From contig CAVTQN010000007.1 in NCBI GenBank assembly GCA_963736885.1, positions 144,953 through 208,952 on the forward strand: 64,000 bases of DNA, read 5' to 3'. The position numbers were made by a program, and so were the translations under genes. Source of the DNA: an uncultured Pseudomonadota bacterium. GTDB lineage: Bacteria; Pseudomonadota; Alphaproteobacteria; Acetobacterales; Acetobacteraceae. The notes beneath the pieces were generated by a model. It searched no databases. It saw nothing but the letters and a program-made list of their open reading frames with translations, and was not told the origin of the DNA. The first letter of the stretch is position 1, and the number at the start of each line of letters is the position of its first letter. Below are positions 46,709 to 56,415 of the stretch, piece after piece.

Positions 46709-48338
46709 TCAGGCTGACATCTCCGGCATGGCGCGCGCGATGAGCGGGGCGAAATCGATGCCTTCGGGGAGCGTGCCGAGGGCGTAGCCACCGGCCTGCG
46801 CCAGTCGCGTCGCGCAATAGGCGGCGGCGATGCCGGAGGGCGCGTGCCGCAGCAGCAGGCTGGCGGCCAGGGCCAGCGCAAGCTGCTCGGTCAGGCGGCG
46901 CGCGTGTCTCTCCTCAAGCGCGGGCAAGGGCGCGGCCAGCCAGGAATCCAGCGCGGGATGCGCCCCTTTGGCGCGGCCGATTTCGGCGCGCAGCAAATCC
47001 AGAACTCTCCGGCAGGCGGGTGAGGGCGCGCATCACATCCAGGCAGATGACATTGCCCGAGCCTTCCCACAGCCCGTTCAGCGGTGCGTCGCGGTACAGC
47101 CGGGCGATGTCATGCTCCTCGACGAAGCCATTGCCGCCATGGCATTCCAGCGCCTCGGCCACCACCATCGGCGCGCGCTTGCACACCCAATATTTGGCAA
47201 GCGGCGCCAAGAGGCGGCTTAGAACGCGCTCGTTTTCGTCACGGCCACCGGCATCGAGCGAAGCCGCCGCCCGCATCGCCAGCCACATCGCGGCCTCGGC
47301 CTCCAGCGCCAGATCCGCCAGGACATTCGCCATGGCCGGTTGCACGGCAAGGCGCTGCCCGAAGGCCGAACGATGGCCGGCATGGTGCAGGGCAAGGCGC
47401 ACCGCCTGGCGCATCTGCCCTGCGCTGCCCAGCGCACATTCCAGCCGGGTGAGGTGGGCCATCTCCAATATGGTGGCGATGCCGCGTCCTTCCTCGCCCA
47501 CGATCCTCGCCTCCAGCCCCCGGAATTCGACCTCGGACGAGGCGTTGGAGCGGTTGCCGCATTTCTCCTTCAAGCGTTGCAAGAGCAGGAAATTGCGGCT
47601 GCCATCATCCCGCCAGCCCTGCGCCAGGAAGCAGGTGGGGCCAGCCTGCGTGCGGGCGAGCGTGAGGAACAGATCCGCCACCGGCACTGAGAAAAACCAT
47701 TTATGGCCGGTGAGCGCGTACCAGCCGCCCCCCACCGGAACGGCCTGCGTCTGCACCTGCCGCAGATCGGACCCGCCCTGCTTCTCCGTCATCGCCATGG
47801 CGACCGTGAGCGCGGATTTTTGCCCCGGCGGCACCGGGCGCGGATCATAGGACGGCGAGAGGATCTTGGCCTGGAATTGCGCCAGCAGCTCTGGCGCATG
47901 GCGCAGCGCGGCCAGGGAGGCGAAAGTCATTGCCCCGGGGCAGCCCACACCCGCCTCGCCCTGCGCCCAGAGGTAAGACAAAGCGGCGCGGGCCACATGC
48001 GCGCCGGGGCGCGGGTCGGCCCAGCCAAGGGCATGCACCTCGTCAGCGCGCAGCAGGCCGAGCAACTCGTGCCAGGCGGGATGGAACGCGACCTCGTCGA
48101 TACGGTGCCCGTAGCGGTCATGAGTGTGCAGCTCGGGCGTGAAACGGTTCGCCAGCCGCGCCAGTTGCTGCACGCGCGCCGAGCCGATTCGGGTGCCGCA
48201 TGCCTGCAGCCGCCCTTCTGCCCAGTTGCCGCCAAAAGCCGCAATCGCCTCGCGTAGCGGCTGGTCCGCCGCCCATGCACTGAAACCCTCAAGGAGCGGG
48301 GGCTGGTTGCAGACCTCATGCGTTGCGTAGCCGGACAT
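46709..48338 (-). pseudogene. AidB-like acyl-CoA dehydrogenase with one frame break near 47003-47008
   Basis: MSGYATHEVCNQPPLLEGF...MTEKQGGSDLR...GHKWFFS...LECHGGNGFVEE...WEGSGNVICLDVMRALTRLPE is in ORF 46914..48371. It continues as LLRAEIGRAKGAHPALDSW... in ORF 46709..46996. Confidence 0.8.
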
Positions 48339-48517
48339 GTTTTCCTCCGAGGTTTTGGCGCGAGCATACACCGCATGGCCCCCGCGGTCATGGGCAAGCC
48401 GCTTCCGGGGCTGATTGCAGCAAAAGCGCGGCGGGACCGGCCGCTTGGCCGGCTGCTTTGTTAGCCGTTTACCATTTTTGTAAAACCTGTTTTGACCTGT
48501 AAGCCATGATCTGAGAC

Positions 48518-50005
48518 ATGGAGCATATGGAAATTTCGACGCTTCCCCAGAACGGTTCCACCCAGGACGATTTCTTCGAACTGATGCCCGTGGCTTTATG
48601 GGAAGAGGATTTCAATGAACTGAAATCGATTTTCGATGAATGGCGCGTCGAAGGCGTCATCGATCTGAATTCGTATCTTCTGGCCGATTTGAACAGGGTG
48701 CGGCGCTGTGCCCATTCCATCAAGATAAAGCGCGCAAACCAGAGGGCGCTGGACATGCTGGGGGCGGAGAGTTTGCCCCAACTGGCGGCAAACCTTCCCG
48801 GCATCATAAGAGGCGACGCACTGCCCGCCTATATGCTGGAACTGCTTCAGATCTGGAATGGACAGACCAATTTCACCACGACGACCGTGAATTACAGGCT
48901 TGATGGCACCCGGATCGATGTCCGGGTGAACGGCGCCATCCATCCCGATGGTCAGAACGGCTGGTCGCGTGTTATCGTTGCCTTCGAGGATATTTCGGCC
49001 CAGGAGGCAGCACGGCGTGACCTGCTCGTCAGCGAGGCGGAGGCGCGTGCGCTCTTCAATGACTCGCCGGTCTCCATCTGGCTGGAGGATTTTAGCCTCA
49101 TCAAAGCCCGGCTTGATGAATTGCGGATCCGGGGGATCGTCGATTTTCGCACATTCATTGACGTGCATCCCGATTTCGTCGAGATGTGCATGCAGGACAT
49201 TCATGTCCTGGATGTGAATGCTCACACATTAACGTTGTTTGGTGCGCGGACCAAAGACGACCTGCTCAACCGGCTTGACCAAATCTTTCGCGATGAGATG
49301 CGCGCCTTTTTTGCGGAACAACTTGTCGCCTTGTGGGACGGCAAGCTGGGGCATGAGCGTGAGGTGGTGAATTACCGGCTGGATGGTGAGCTGCTGAACC
49401 TGATCCTGCAATTCTCGGTCGTGCCCGGCCGGGAAAATGACTGGGCGAAGGTGTTGGTGTCGCTAACCGATATTACCGCGCGCAAGAAGGCGGAGGCGTA
49501 TCTGGAGTATCTCGGCAAGCATGACGTGCTCACCGGCCTGCATAACCGGTCCTTCTATAACGATGAGATCAGCAGGCTCGACCGCAGGGGGCCTTTCCCC
49601 GTCGCGATCATCATGATCGACCTGAACGGCATGAAGATGGTCAACGACGAACTCGGCCATGCGGCGGGAGACGCGATGCTGCGCCGGGTGGGCGAAATAT
49701 TGCGGCAGGTGGTGGACAAGCCCGGCTGCGCGGCCAGAATTGGCGGCGATGAGTTCATCATTCTCCTGCCATCGAAAACGCAAGCGGATGTGCAGGCGGT
49801 GCTGGACGATCTGGCGCAGGTGACGGAGCTGAACAACCAGTTTCACTCCGGCGCGACACCGGTGATCTTTTCGGTTGGCGCCGCCATCTGCGACGCCGGC
49901 GGAAAGATGGAAGCCGCCATTCAGCGGGCCGATATCGCGATGTATGAAAACAAGCGGGAATTTTATGCCGCCTCTCCAAATATGGACCGGCGCAGAACGT
50001 ACTGA
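48518..50005 (+). CDS. PAS-domain diguanylate cyclase (GGDEF)
   Basis: Repeated PAS-like modules (...WLEDFS...) and the catalytic domain ...HDVLTGLHNRSFY...IIMIDLNGMKMVNDELGHAAGD...ARIGGDEFIILL. Confidence 0.88.
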   Translation: MEHMEISTLPQNGSTQDDFFELMPVALWEEDFNELKSIFDEWRVEGVIDLNSYLLADLNRVRRCAHSIKIKRANQRALDMLGAESLPQLAANLPGIIRGDALPAYMLELLQIWNGQTNFTTTTVNYRLDGTRIDVRVNGAIHPDGQNGWSRVIVAFEDISAQEAARRDLLVSEAEARALFNDSPVSIWLEDFSLIKARLDELRIRGIVDFRTFIDVHPDFVEMCMQDIHVLDVNAHTLTLFGARTKDDLLNRLDQIFRDEMRAFFAEQLVALWDGKLGHEREVVNYRLDGELLNLILQFSVVPGRENDWAKVLVSLTDITARKKAEAYLEYLGKHDVLTGLHNRSFYNDEISRLDRRGPFPVAIIMIDLNGMKMVNDELGHAAGDAMLRRVGEILRQVVDKPGCAARIGGDEFIILLPSKTQADVQAVLDDLAQVTELNNQFHSGATPVIFSVGAAICDAGGKMEAAIQRADIAMYENKREFYAASPNMDRRRTY

Positions 50006-50198
50006 AGGGCGCTGTGAGGCCCGGCTGTGCGTGCCTTCGCCGTGAGGGCAGGGGGGAAACTTCACACTTCGTCAAACTAATTGTCATGCCGGCGTTATGT
50101 TTGCGCCTGCCTCATGGGTGCTATGCCCTGCGGTCTCACCACAACGCCGCGAGGACCAATGGTAACGCTTGCTGATACCGAAGCCGGAAGCATCCGCA

Positions 50199-51623
50199 AT
50201 GGGCCCCAGCCTGGGGATCGAAACACGGTCCATAGACTATGTGCCGCAGGCCGAACGCCGCGGCAAAGTCTCCACCCAAGGGCCGTTCTGGTTCCTTGGT
50301 AATTTCCAGTTCTTTACCATTGCCATCGGCTTTATCGGGCCGGGCATGGGGCTGGGCTTCGGGGCCACGAGCCTGGCCTCGGTGCTGGGCATATTGTTCG
50401 GCACGCTTGTTCATGGCCTTCCACGCCAGCCAGGGGCCGGATCTCGGCCTGCCGCAGATGATCCAGTCGCGCGCGCAATTTGGCTATCGCGGCGTCATCA
50501 TCCCGCTCCTCGGCACGCATGTTCACCTTCGCCGGTTTCAACGTCGTGGACACGGTGTTGATTTCTCAGGGGCTCAACCATCTGTTTGGCTGGGGCATTC
50601 CCGCCATCGCGCTGGGGTTGGGCGTTGTTGCCACCGTCATCGCCATTTTCGGGCATGACTGGCTGCATATCGTCTTCCGCGTGTTGTTCTGGGTCAGCCT
50701 GCCGCTCTACGTCATCCTCTCCGGGGCGATCATGTTTGGCAGGCATCGCGCCGCATGCGCCGGGCCATGTGAGCTTCGGCTGGGTGGCCTTCGCGGCGCA
50801 ATTCGCGGCCTGCGCGGCCTATAACATCACCTACGCGCCATATGTTTCGGATTATACGCGCTATCTGCCGCGCGGGCGGGGCGCGTGCCCCCTTGGTCTG
50901 GAATGTCTATGTCGGTGCCTCGGGTGCGGCCATCTGGCTGATCATCCTCGGCGCCTGGCTTGCCACCTATCTCGGCGCGTCGGACGGCATGGTTGCCACG
51001 AACGCTGCCGGCAACAGCATCTTCCCGCACCTGGGCACGCTGACCGTGCTGGTTTCCGTCGCCGCACTCACCGCCACGATGGGGCTGAACGCCTATTCCG
51101 GCATGCTCACCCTCGTCACCGGGCTGGATTGCTTCGCCAACATCCCCTTCTCGCGCGGGGTGCGCATTGCGCGGCGTGCTGGCGCTGGCTGTGGTGTGGC
51201 TGGCGGTGTCGCTGTCGCTTAATGCCAATGCCATCAACGCGCTCTATGATGCGTTGTCCATCATGCTGTATGTGCTGGTGCCCTGGACGGCGGTGAATCT
51301 GATGGACTATTTCTTCGTCCGCAAAGGCCATTACGCCATCAAGGATTTCTTCACCCCGAACGGCATTTATGGCGCCTGGGGTTGGCGCGGGCTCGTCGCC
51401 TATGTCATCGGCTTCGCCGCCAGCGTGCCGTTCTTCGATCTGGCGGGGATGTATCGAAGGTCCCATCGCCCATGCGCTGGGGGATGTCGACATCTCCTGG
51501 GCGCCGGGGCTGCTGGTGGCCGGTGTGGTGTATTATCTGATCAACGGCAATCTCGATCTCTCGGCCGAGCAGGCGGCGATTACCGCCAGCAACAAGGCGC
51601 TCGGGTACCGATCTGTGATCTGA
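50199..51623 (+). pseudogene. Purine-cytosine (NCS1/CodB-like) permease, about 6 frame breaks
   Basis: The collinear permease sequence is scattered over ORFs 50169..50561, 50239..50658, 50480..50824, 50586..51296, 50842..51222, 51167..51655 and 51369..51623. Examples: GIETRSIDYVPQAERRG; QMIQSRAQFGYRGVIIPLL; FTFAGFNVVDTVL; YNITYAPYVSDYTRYLP; VWNVYVGASGAAIW; VPWTAVNLMDYFFVRKGHY. The switches are near 50410, 50515, 50745, 50880, 51165 and 51465. Confidence 0.75.
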
Positions 51624-52540
51624 GGACGCGGGAGGTTAGCCTCCCGCGTCAGTAATTTTGCCGCCAGCGTGGTGAACAGCTTGACCGGCGGCAGGGCCAG
51701 CTTCACCTGGTCATAGGCGATCTCGAACGGCGCCAGATAGGTCAGCTCCTCCGGCAGCAGCTTTTTCATGTCCCCGGTCTGTTCCCAGGGTTTTGCGTAA
51801 TGCTCCGGCAGATAGCCAAGATAATCTCCGGAGAGAATCAACCTTGCCGCAGCCTCCATGTTATTCACTGTCGCGCTGGCCCGTTCAGAACGGATGGTCT
51901 TGGTGTCACGTGATCCCCAATAGCCACGTGAAATGAGCCGCTGCTCGGCGATGAGCGTCTGCGTGATCTGCCCGGGTTTGAGCGCGAAGAGCGGGTGCCG
52001 TGCCGCGCAATAGAAAGAATGCCGCTCGTCATAGATCTTCACGTAGCTGAGGCCGAGCATGATTTTTGGAAAACTGCCGACCCCTACATGCAGTTTTCCT
52101 TCCAGAACATCGCGCAGCAGCTCGTTCGGCGACTTCACCTCCAGATTCACATGCACATCGCCCATGGCCGCGGTGAATTGGCGGAACAGCTCGTCCAGCT
52201 GCGTTTGCTTGTCCGAGATCGTATTATCCACGAGCCCGATATTCAGCGTGCCGCGCACCTTGGCGCGCAAGGCGCTGGCCCGCATGTCGAACCCGTCAAT
52301 GGCCGAGAAGAGTTTCTGCGTTTCCGAGAAGATCGTCGCGCCATCCTCGGTGAGTTTGAATCCCGCCCGGCCGCGCTGGCAGAGTTTTACCCCCAGCCGC
52401 GTTTCCAATGCCGCGATCTGGTTGGAGATGGTGGAGGTGTTGACGTTGAGCACCGTCTGCGCGGCGCTGAAGCCGCGTGATTCCACCACGGTCGCGAACA
52501 CGCGCAGCAACCGCAGATCCACCGTATCCAGCCGCGCCAT
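51533..52540 (-). CDS. LysR-family transcriptional regulator
   Basis: N-terminal HTH LRLLRVFATVVESRGFSAAQTVLNVNTSTISNQIAALETRLGVKLCQR. The 3' end overlaps the permease pseudogene by about 90 nt. Confidence 0.85.
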   Translation of the reverse strand: MARLDTVDLRLLRVFATVVESRGFSAAQTVLNVNTSTISNQIAALETRLGVKLCQRGRAGFKLTEDGATIFSETQKLFSAIDGFDMRASALRAKVRGTLNIGLVDNTISDKQTQLDELFRQFTAAMGDVHVNLEVKSPNELLRDVLEGKLHVGVGSFPKIMLGLSYVKIYDERHSFYCAARHPLFALKPGQITQTLIAEQRLISRGYWGSRDTKTIRSERASATVNNMEAAARLILSGDYLGYLPEHYAKPWEQTGDMKKLLPEELTYLAPFEIAYDQVKLALPPVKLFTTLAAKLLTREANLPRPQITDRYPSALLLAVIAACSAERSRLPLIR

Positions 52541-52559
52541 GTCAGGGTCCCCCGTTTCG

Positions 52560-52595
52560 TCTTCAATGGCGCGGAACCTATCATTGGATTGAAGA
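52560..52595. promoter_or_regulatory. Inverted repeat TCTTCAAT-N20-ATTGAAGA between the LysR gene and agmatinase
   Basis: It has 8-bp perfect arms (52560-52567 / 52588-52595) in the divergent intergenic region. It is a candidate LysR-type binding site. Confidence 0.35.
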
Positions 52596-52685
52596 AGATC
52601 AAACTGAGCGGCGGCCCCCGGTTATGTATGGCCGGGCGCCAGCGGCGTAGATAAGCTCCCGGCCCCAGCCCGCTAGGAGACCAAG

Positions 52686-53633
52686 ATGGACCAGCCCCGT
52701 TTCCCCCAACCTTTGAGCGGCAACGAGATGCCGCGCTGCGGCGGCATCGCCTCGATGATGCGTCTGCCGGTCTATCCCTCCGCCGAGGGGCTGGATGCCT
52801 GCTTCGTCGGCGTGCCCTTCGATCTCGGCACCTCCAACCGCACCGGCACGCGCTTCGGGCCCCGCCAGATCCGTGCTGAATCCGTGATGCTGCGGCCCTA
52901 TAACGTCGCCACCCGCAAGGGGCCGTTCGATTGCCTGCGCATCGCCGATATCGGGGATGTCGCGGTGAATCCCTATAATCTTCACGATTCCATCGCGCGG
53001 ATCGAGCGCGCCTATGACGCCATCCTGGCGGCGGGCTGCAAGCCGGTCACGCTGGGCGGCGACCACACCATCGCTTTGCCCATCCTGCGCGCCATGGCGA
53101 AACAGCACGGGCCGGTGGGGCTGGTGCATATCGACGCCCATGCCGATATCAACGACACGATGTTCGGCGAGAAGATCGCCCATGGCACGCCGTTCCGCCG
53201 CGCCGTGGAGGAAAATCTGATCGACCCGAAGCGCACCGTGCAGATCGGCTTGCGCGGCACCGGCTATTCGGCCGATGAGTTCGATTGGGGCCGCAACCAG
53301 GGCTTCACCGTGGTTGAGGCGCATGAATGCTGGCACAAATCGCTGGTGCCGCTGATGGCCGAGATCAAGGCCAAGCTCGGCGCCGGGCCGGTTTATGTGT
53401 CCTTCGATATCGACAGCCTGGACCCCGCCTTCACCCCCGGCACCGGCACGCCGGAAATCGGCGGTCTGACCATCCCGCAGGGGCTGGAGATCATCCGCGG
53501 GCTGGACGGGCTGGAGATCGTCGGCGGCGACGTTGTGGAGGTCTCCCCGCCCTATGACCCGCAAGGCACCACCGCCCTGGTTGCGGCGAATATCGCCTTC
53601 GAAATCCTGTGCATCTTCCCCGGCGTTAAGTAG
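52686..53633 (+). CDS. Ureohydrolase (agmatinase / guanidino-acid hydrolase family)
   Basis: Mn-binding motifs LGGDHTI, HIDAHADIND and SFDIDSLDPAFTPGTGTPE. The protein is 315 aa. Confidence 0.88.
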   Translation: MDQPRFPQPLSGNEMPRCGGIASMMRLPVYPSAEGLDACFVGVPFDLGTSNRTGTRFGPRQIRAESVMLRPYNVATRKGPFDCLRIADIGDVAVNPYNLHDSIARIERAYDAILAAGCKPVTLGGDHTIALPILRAMAKQHGPVGLVHIDAHADINDTMFGEKIAHGTPFRRAVEENLIDPKRTVQIGLRGTGYSADEFDWGRNQGFTVVEAHECWHKSLVPLMAEIKAKLGAGPVYVSFDIDSLDPAFTPGTGTPEIGGLTIPQGLEIIRGLDGLEIVGGDVVEVSPPYDPQGTTALVAANIAFEILCIFPGVK

Positions 53634-53713
53634 CGCCGGGGAGCTCTGGTTGGGCTTTTCTGGCCGGGGCCGCCGGTTTCGCCGGTCCCGGCAACGGGAA
53701 TGGCCGGATGCGC

Positions 53714-55108
53714 CTACCTTACTGATGTCCGCAGCGCCCGGCGGAGAAACTGGAACAGCAGCGGATCGCCGCATTGCGCCACGTTAAAGCGCAGGAAGCG
53801 CCCGGCGGTCTGGGCGGGGCTGAAGACATTGCCGGGGGCGAGCACGATATTTTCCTCCAGCCCCTGGCGGGCGATCTCCGCCGCATCACCCCCATCGGGC
53901 AATGCGCACCAGAGATACATGCCCGCCAGCGGCGTCACCCAGGGGATGAGCCCCAGCGCCCGCAACCGGCCGGTGGCCTGTGTCATCGCCCCGGCCAGTT
54001 TTACGCGCAGCCCCTCGACATGTTTGCGGTAGGTGCCGTCCTGCAGCACCGCCAGCAGCAATTCGGCGGAGAGCTGGCCATTGGTGAAGCTGGTGGCGAT
54101 TTTCAGATCCGTCAGCCCCTCGATCCAGTCCTGCCGCGCGGCGATATAGCCGCAGCGGATCGAGGCCGAGAGGGTTTTGGAAAAACTGCCGATCTGCACC
54201 ACCCGCTCCAGCCCGTCGAAGGCGGCAAGGCGCGGGGAGGGCTCAGCCTCGAAATCGGCAAAGATGTCATCCTCGATGATGATCAGCCCATGCAACTCCG
54301 CCAGCTTCAGCAGCCGGTGCGCCGTCACTGGCGAGAGCGCGGCACCGGTGGGGTTATGCACGGCGCAATTGGTAATATAGAGGCGTGGCCGGGCGGTTTC
54401 GAGAATCCGGGCGAAAGCGTCGAGGTCCGGGCCAGACGGCGTATAGGGCACGCTGACCAGCTTCACCCGGTGCGCGCGCAGCAAGGCGCGGAAATTGAAA
54501 TAGCAGGGATCATCCACCAGCACGCTATCGCCCGGCTCCAGCAAAAAGCGGCAGAGCAGATCCGCCGCCTGGGTGCCGGAATCGGTTAGCAAGATTTGCC
54601 CCGGTGCAGCCGCCACGCCAAAGCCGCCCAGCCGCCTCGCCAGGTGCTCGCGCAGCGGGGCGAGGCCGCGCGGATTGCCGTAATCTGTCAGCGTGGCGGC
54701 CTGGGCCCGCGACAGGCCGCGCAGCGCCCGGCGCAGGCTGGCCTCGGGCATCCAGTTGGGCGGCAGCCAACCGCAGCCGGGCTTCAGCGCGTCGCCCGGC
54801 ATTTCCAGCGATTGCCGGGAGACCCAGAGCGGGTCCATCTCCCGCTCGCGCTTCGGCCCGGCCTCGGCGAGGCTCAGCGGCGGCAAGCGCCCGGCCACAT
54901 AGAAGCCCGAGCCGCGCCGCAATTCGATAACCCCTTCCGCCGCCAGCCGGTCATAGGCCTCCACCACCGTGGTTTTAGAGACATTGCGCGCCAGGGCCTG
55001 CGCGCGGATCGAGGGCAGCCTGGTGCCGGGCGCCAATGTCCGCGCGGCGATGCCGCCACGGATCTCCCCCATCAGCCGCGTGACCAGTGTTCCGTCCGGC
55101 ATGGCCAT
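53714..55108 (-). CDS. MocR/GabR-type regulator (GntR HTH fused to a PLP aminotransferase-like domain)
   Basis: LPSIRAQALARNVSKTTVVEAYDRLAAEGVIELRRGSGFYV, then an aminotransferase fold with SFSKTL (Lys). The start is at ATG 55108 inside ORF 53714..55504. Confidence 0.85.
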   Translation of the reverse strand: MAMPDGTLVTRLMGEIRGGIAARTLAPGTRLPSIRAQALARNVSKTTVVEAYDRLAAEGVIELRRGSGFYVAGRLPPLSLAEAGPKREREMDPLWVSRQSLEMPGDALKPGCGWLPPNWMPEASLRRALRGLSRAQAATLTDYGNPRGLAPLREHLARRLGGFGVAAAPGQILLTDSGTQAADLLCRFLLEPGDSVLVDDPCYFNFRALLRAHRVKLVSVPYTPSGPDLDAFARILETARPRLYITNCAVHNPTGAALSPVTAHRLLKLAELHGLIIIEDDIFADFEAEPSPRLAAFDGLERVVQIGSFSKTLSASIRCGYIAARQDWIEGLTDLKIATSFTNGQLSAELLLAVLQDGTYRKHVEGLRVKLAGAMTQATGRLRALGLIPWVTPLAGMYLWCALPDGGDAAEIARQGLEENIVLAPGNVFSPAQTAGRFLRFNVAQCGDPLLFQFLRRALRTSVR

Positions 55109-55219
55109 CCGTACCTCTCCCACAACAAGTACAGTTCTTCGTAATTGTACCTGTCTGTGCCTGGAAGCGCCAGCCTCACCCCGCCACAAGCGGTGGGGAA
55201 GAAGGTGAAGGGGCAGGGG

Positions 55220-56080
55220 ATGGAAAAGCGGATGGATGGCTGGGTCTGCGGCACGCTGGGGGTTCTCATCTTCAGCGGCTCTATGCCCGCAACGCGTGCG
55301 GCGCTGGCGGGGTTTGACCCGGTGTTTCTTACCGTGGCGCGGGCCGCGCTGGCGGGCGGGTTGGCGCTGGCCTTGCTTTTGCTGCTGCGCCAGCCGCGCC
55401 CGGCGCGGGGGGATTTTTTGTCTCTCGCCCTGGTTGCCCTCGGCGTGGTCGTCGGGTTTCCGCTGCTTTCGGCGCTGGCATTGCGCCATATCAACGCCGC
55501 GCAATCGCAGATTTTCCTCGGCCTGCTGCCGCTCGCCACGGCTTTATTTGGCGTGCTGCGCGGCGGGGAGCGGCCGCATCGCGGTTTCTGGCTGTTCGCG
55601 GGCCTTGGCAGCGCCTGCGTCATCGGCGTGGCGCTGCGCCACGCCACCCAATTGCCCCTGGCGGGGGTGGCGCTGATGCTGTGCTCCATCGTCATTTGCG
55701 GGCTGGGCTATGCGGAAGGCGCAAAACTCTCGCGCCGTCTGGGCGGCTGGCAGGTTATCTCCTGGGCGCTGGTGCTGTCCCTGCCGGTGATGCTGCTGGC
55801 CTGCTGGCTGACCAGGCCGGGCACACTGGCCCATGTGCCCCATGCGGCCTGGATGGGCCTCGTTTACGTCTCCGCCTTCAGCATGCTGCTCGGCTTTGTG
55901 TTCTGGTATCGTGGGCTGGCGCTGGGCGGCATCGCGGCGGTGGGGCAGTTGCAATTGCTGCAGCCGGCGGCGGGGCTCGCTGTTTCCGCCGTGGTTTTGC
56001 ACGAGAGTGTGCCGCCGGTGATGATGGCCGCCACCGTCGGCATTCTCCTCTGCGTGGCCGGGGCCAAGCGGTTTGCGTGA
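55220..56080 (+). CDS. DMT-superfamily (EamA) transporter
   Basis: It has ten predicted hydrophobic segments and lies divergent from the MocR gene. The start is at ATG 55220. Confidence 0.8.
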   Translation: MEKRMDGWVCGTLGVLIFSGSMPATRAALAGFDPVFLTVARAALAGGLALALLLLLRQPRPARGDFLSLALVALGVVVGFPLLSALALRHINAAQSQIFLGLLPLATALFGVLRGGERPHRGFWLFAGLGSACVIGVALRHATQLPLAGVALMLCSIVICGLGYAEGAKLSRRLGGWQVISWALVLSLPVMLLACWLTRPGTLAHVPHAAWMGLVYVSAFSMLLGFVFWYRGLALGGIAAVGQLQLLQPAAGLAVSAVVLHESVPPVMMAATVGILLCVAGAKRFA

Positions 56081-56105
56081 CGCCGCCGCGATTGCCATGG
56101 AAGGC

Positions 56106-56122
56106 ATAGGGGGGTAGGCTAT
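56106..56122. promoter_or_regulatory. G-tract flanked by inverted AT arms (ATAG-GGGGG-TAGG-CTAT), a candidate CsoR/RcnR-family operator
   Basis: It sits 8 nt upstream of the repressor ATG. The architecture resembles the TACT-G6-N-AGTA type sites described for RcnR/FrmR. Confidence 0.4.
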
Positions 56123-56129
56123 ATGACTC

Positions 56130-56408
56130 ATGGCACATACCATCCGGGACAAGCAGCGCCTGCTGGCGCGCGTACGCCGCATCCGCGGCCAGGTTGAGGC
56201 GATCGAGCGCGCGCTCGAAGCCGAGGCGGAATGTGATAAGGTGATGCATCTGCTCGCCGGCATGCGCGGCGCCACCGCCGGGCTGATGGCGCAGATCGTG
56301 GAGGATCATGTCCTCACCCATCTTGTTGATACCCAGGCGCATCCCGGCGCGTTAAATGAGGACGCCGCCGAGCAATTGCTCGAAGTCGTGCGCACCTATC
56401 TCAAATGA
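56130..56408 (+). CDS. CsoR/RcnR/FrmR-family metal-sensing repressor (DUF156)
   Basis: KQRLLARVRRIRGQVEAIERALEAEAECDKVMHLLAGMRGATAGLMAQIVEDHV. The protein is 92 aa. Confidence 0.85.
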   Translation: MAHTIRDKQRLLARVRRIRGQVEAIERALEAEAECDKVMHLLAGMRGATAGLMAQIVEDHVLTHLVDTQAHPGALNEDAAEQLLEVVRTYLK

Positions 56409-56415
56409 GGCCCTG

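Noticed and set aside
55109-55219. MocR operator (GTACA-N11-TGTAC) in the MocR/DMT intergenic region
   Set aside because: The arms are only 5 bp, and MocR sites are usually direct repeats. This is too weak to call.
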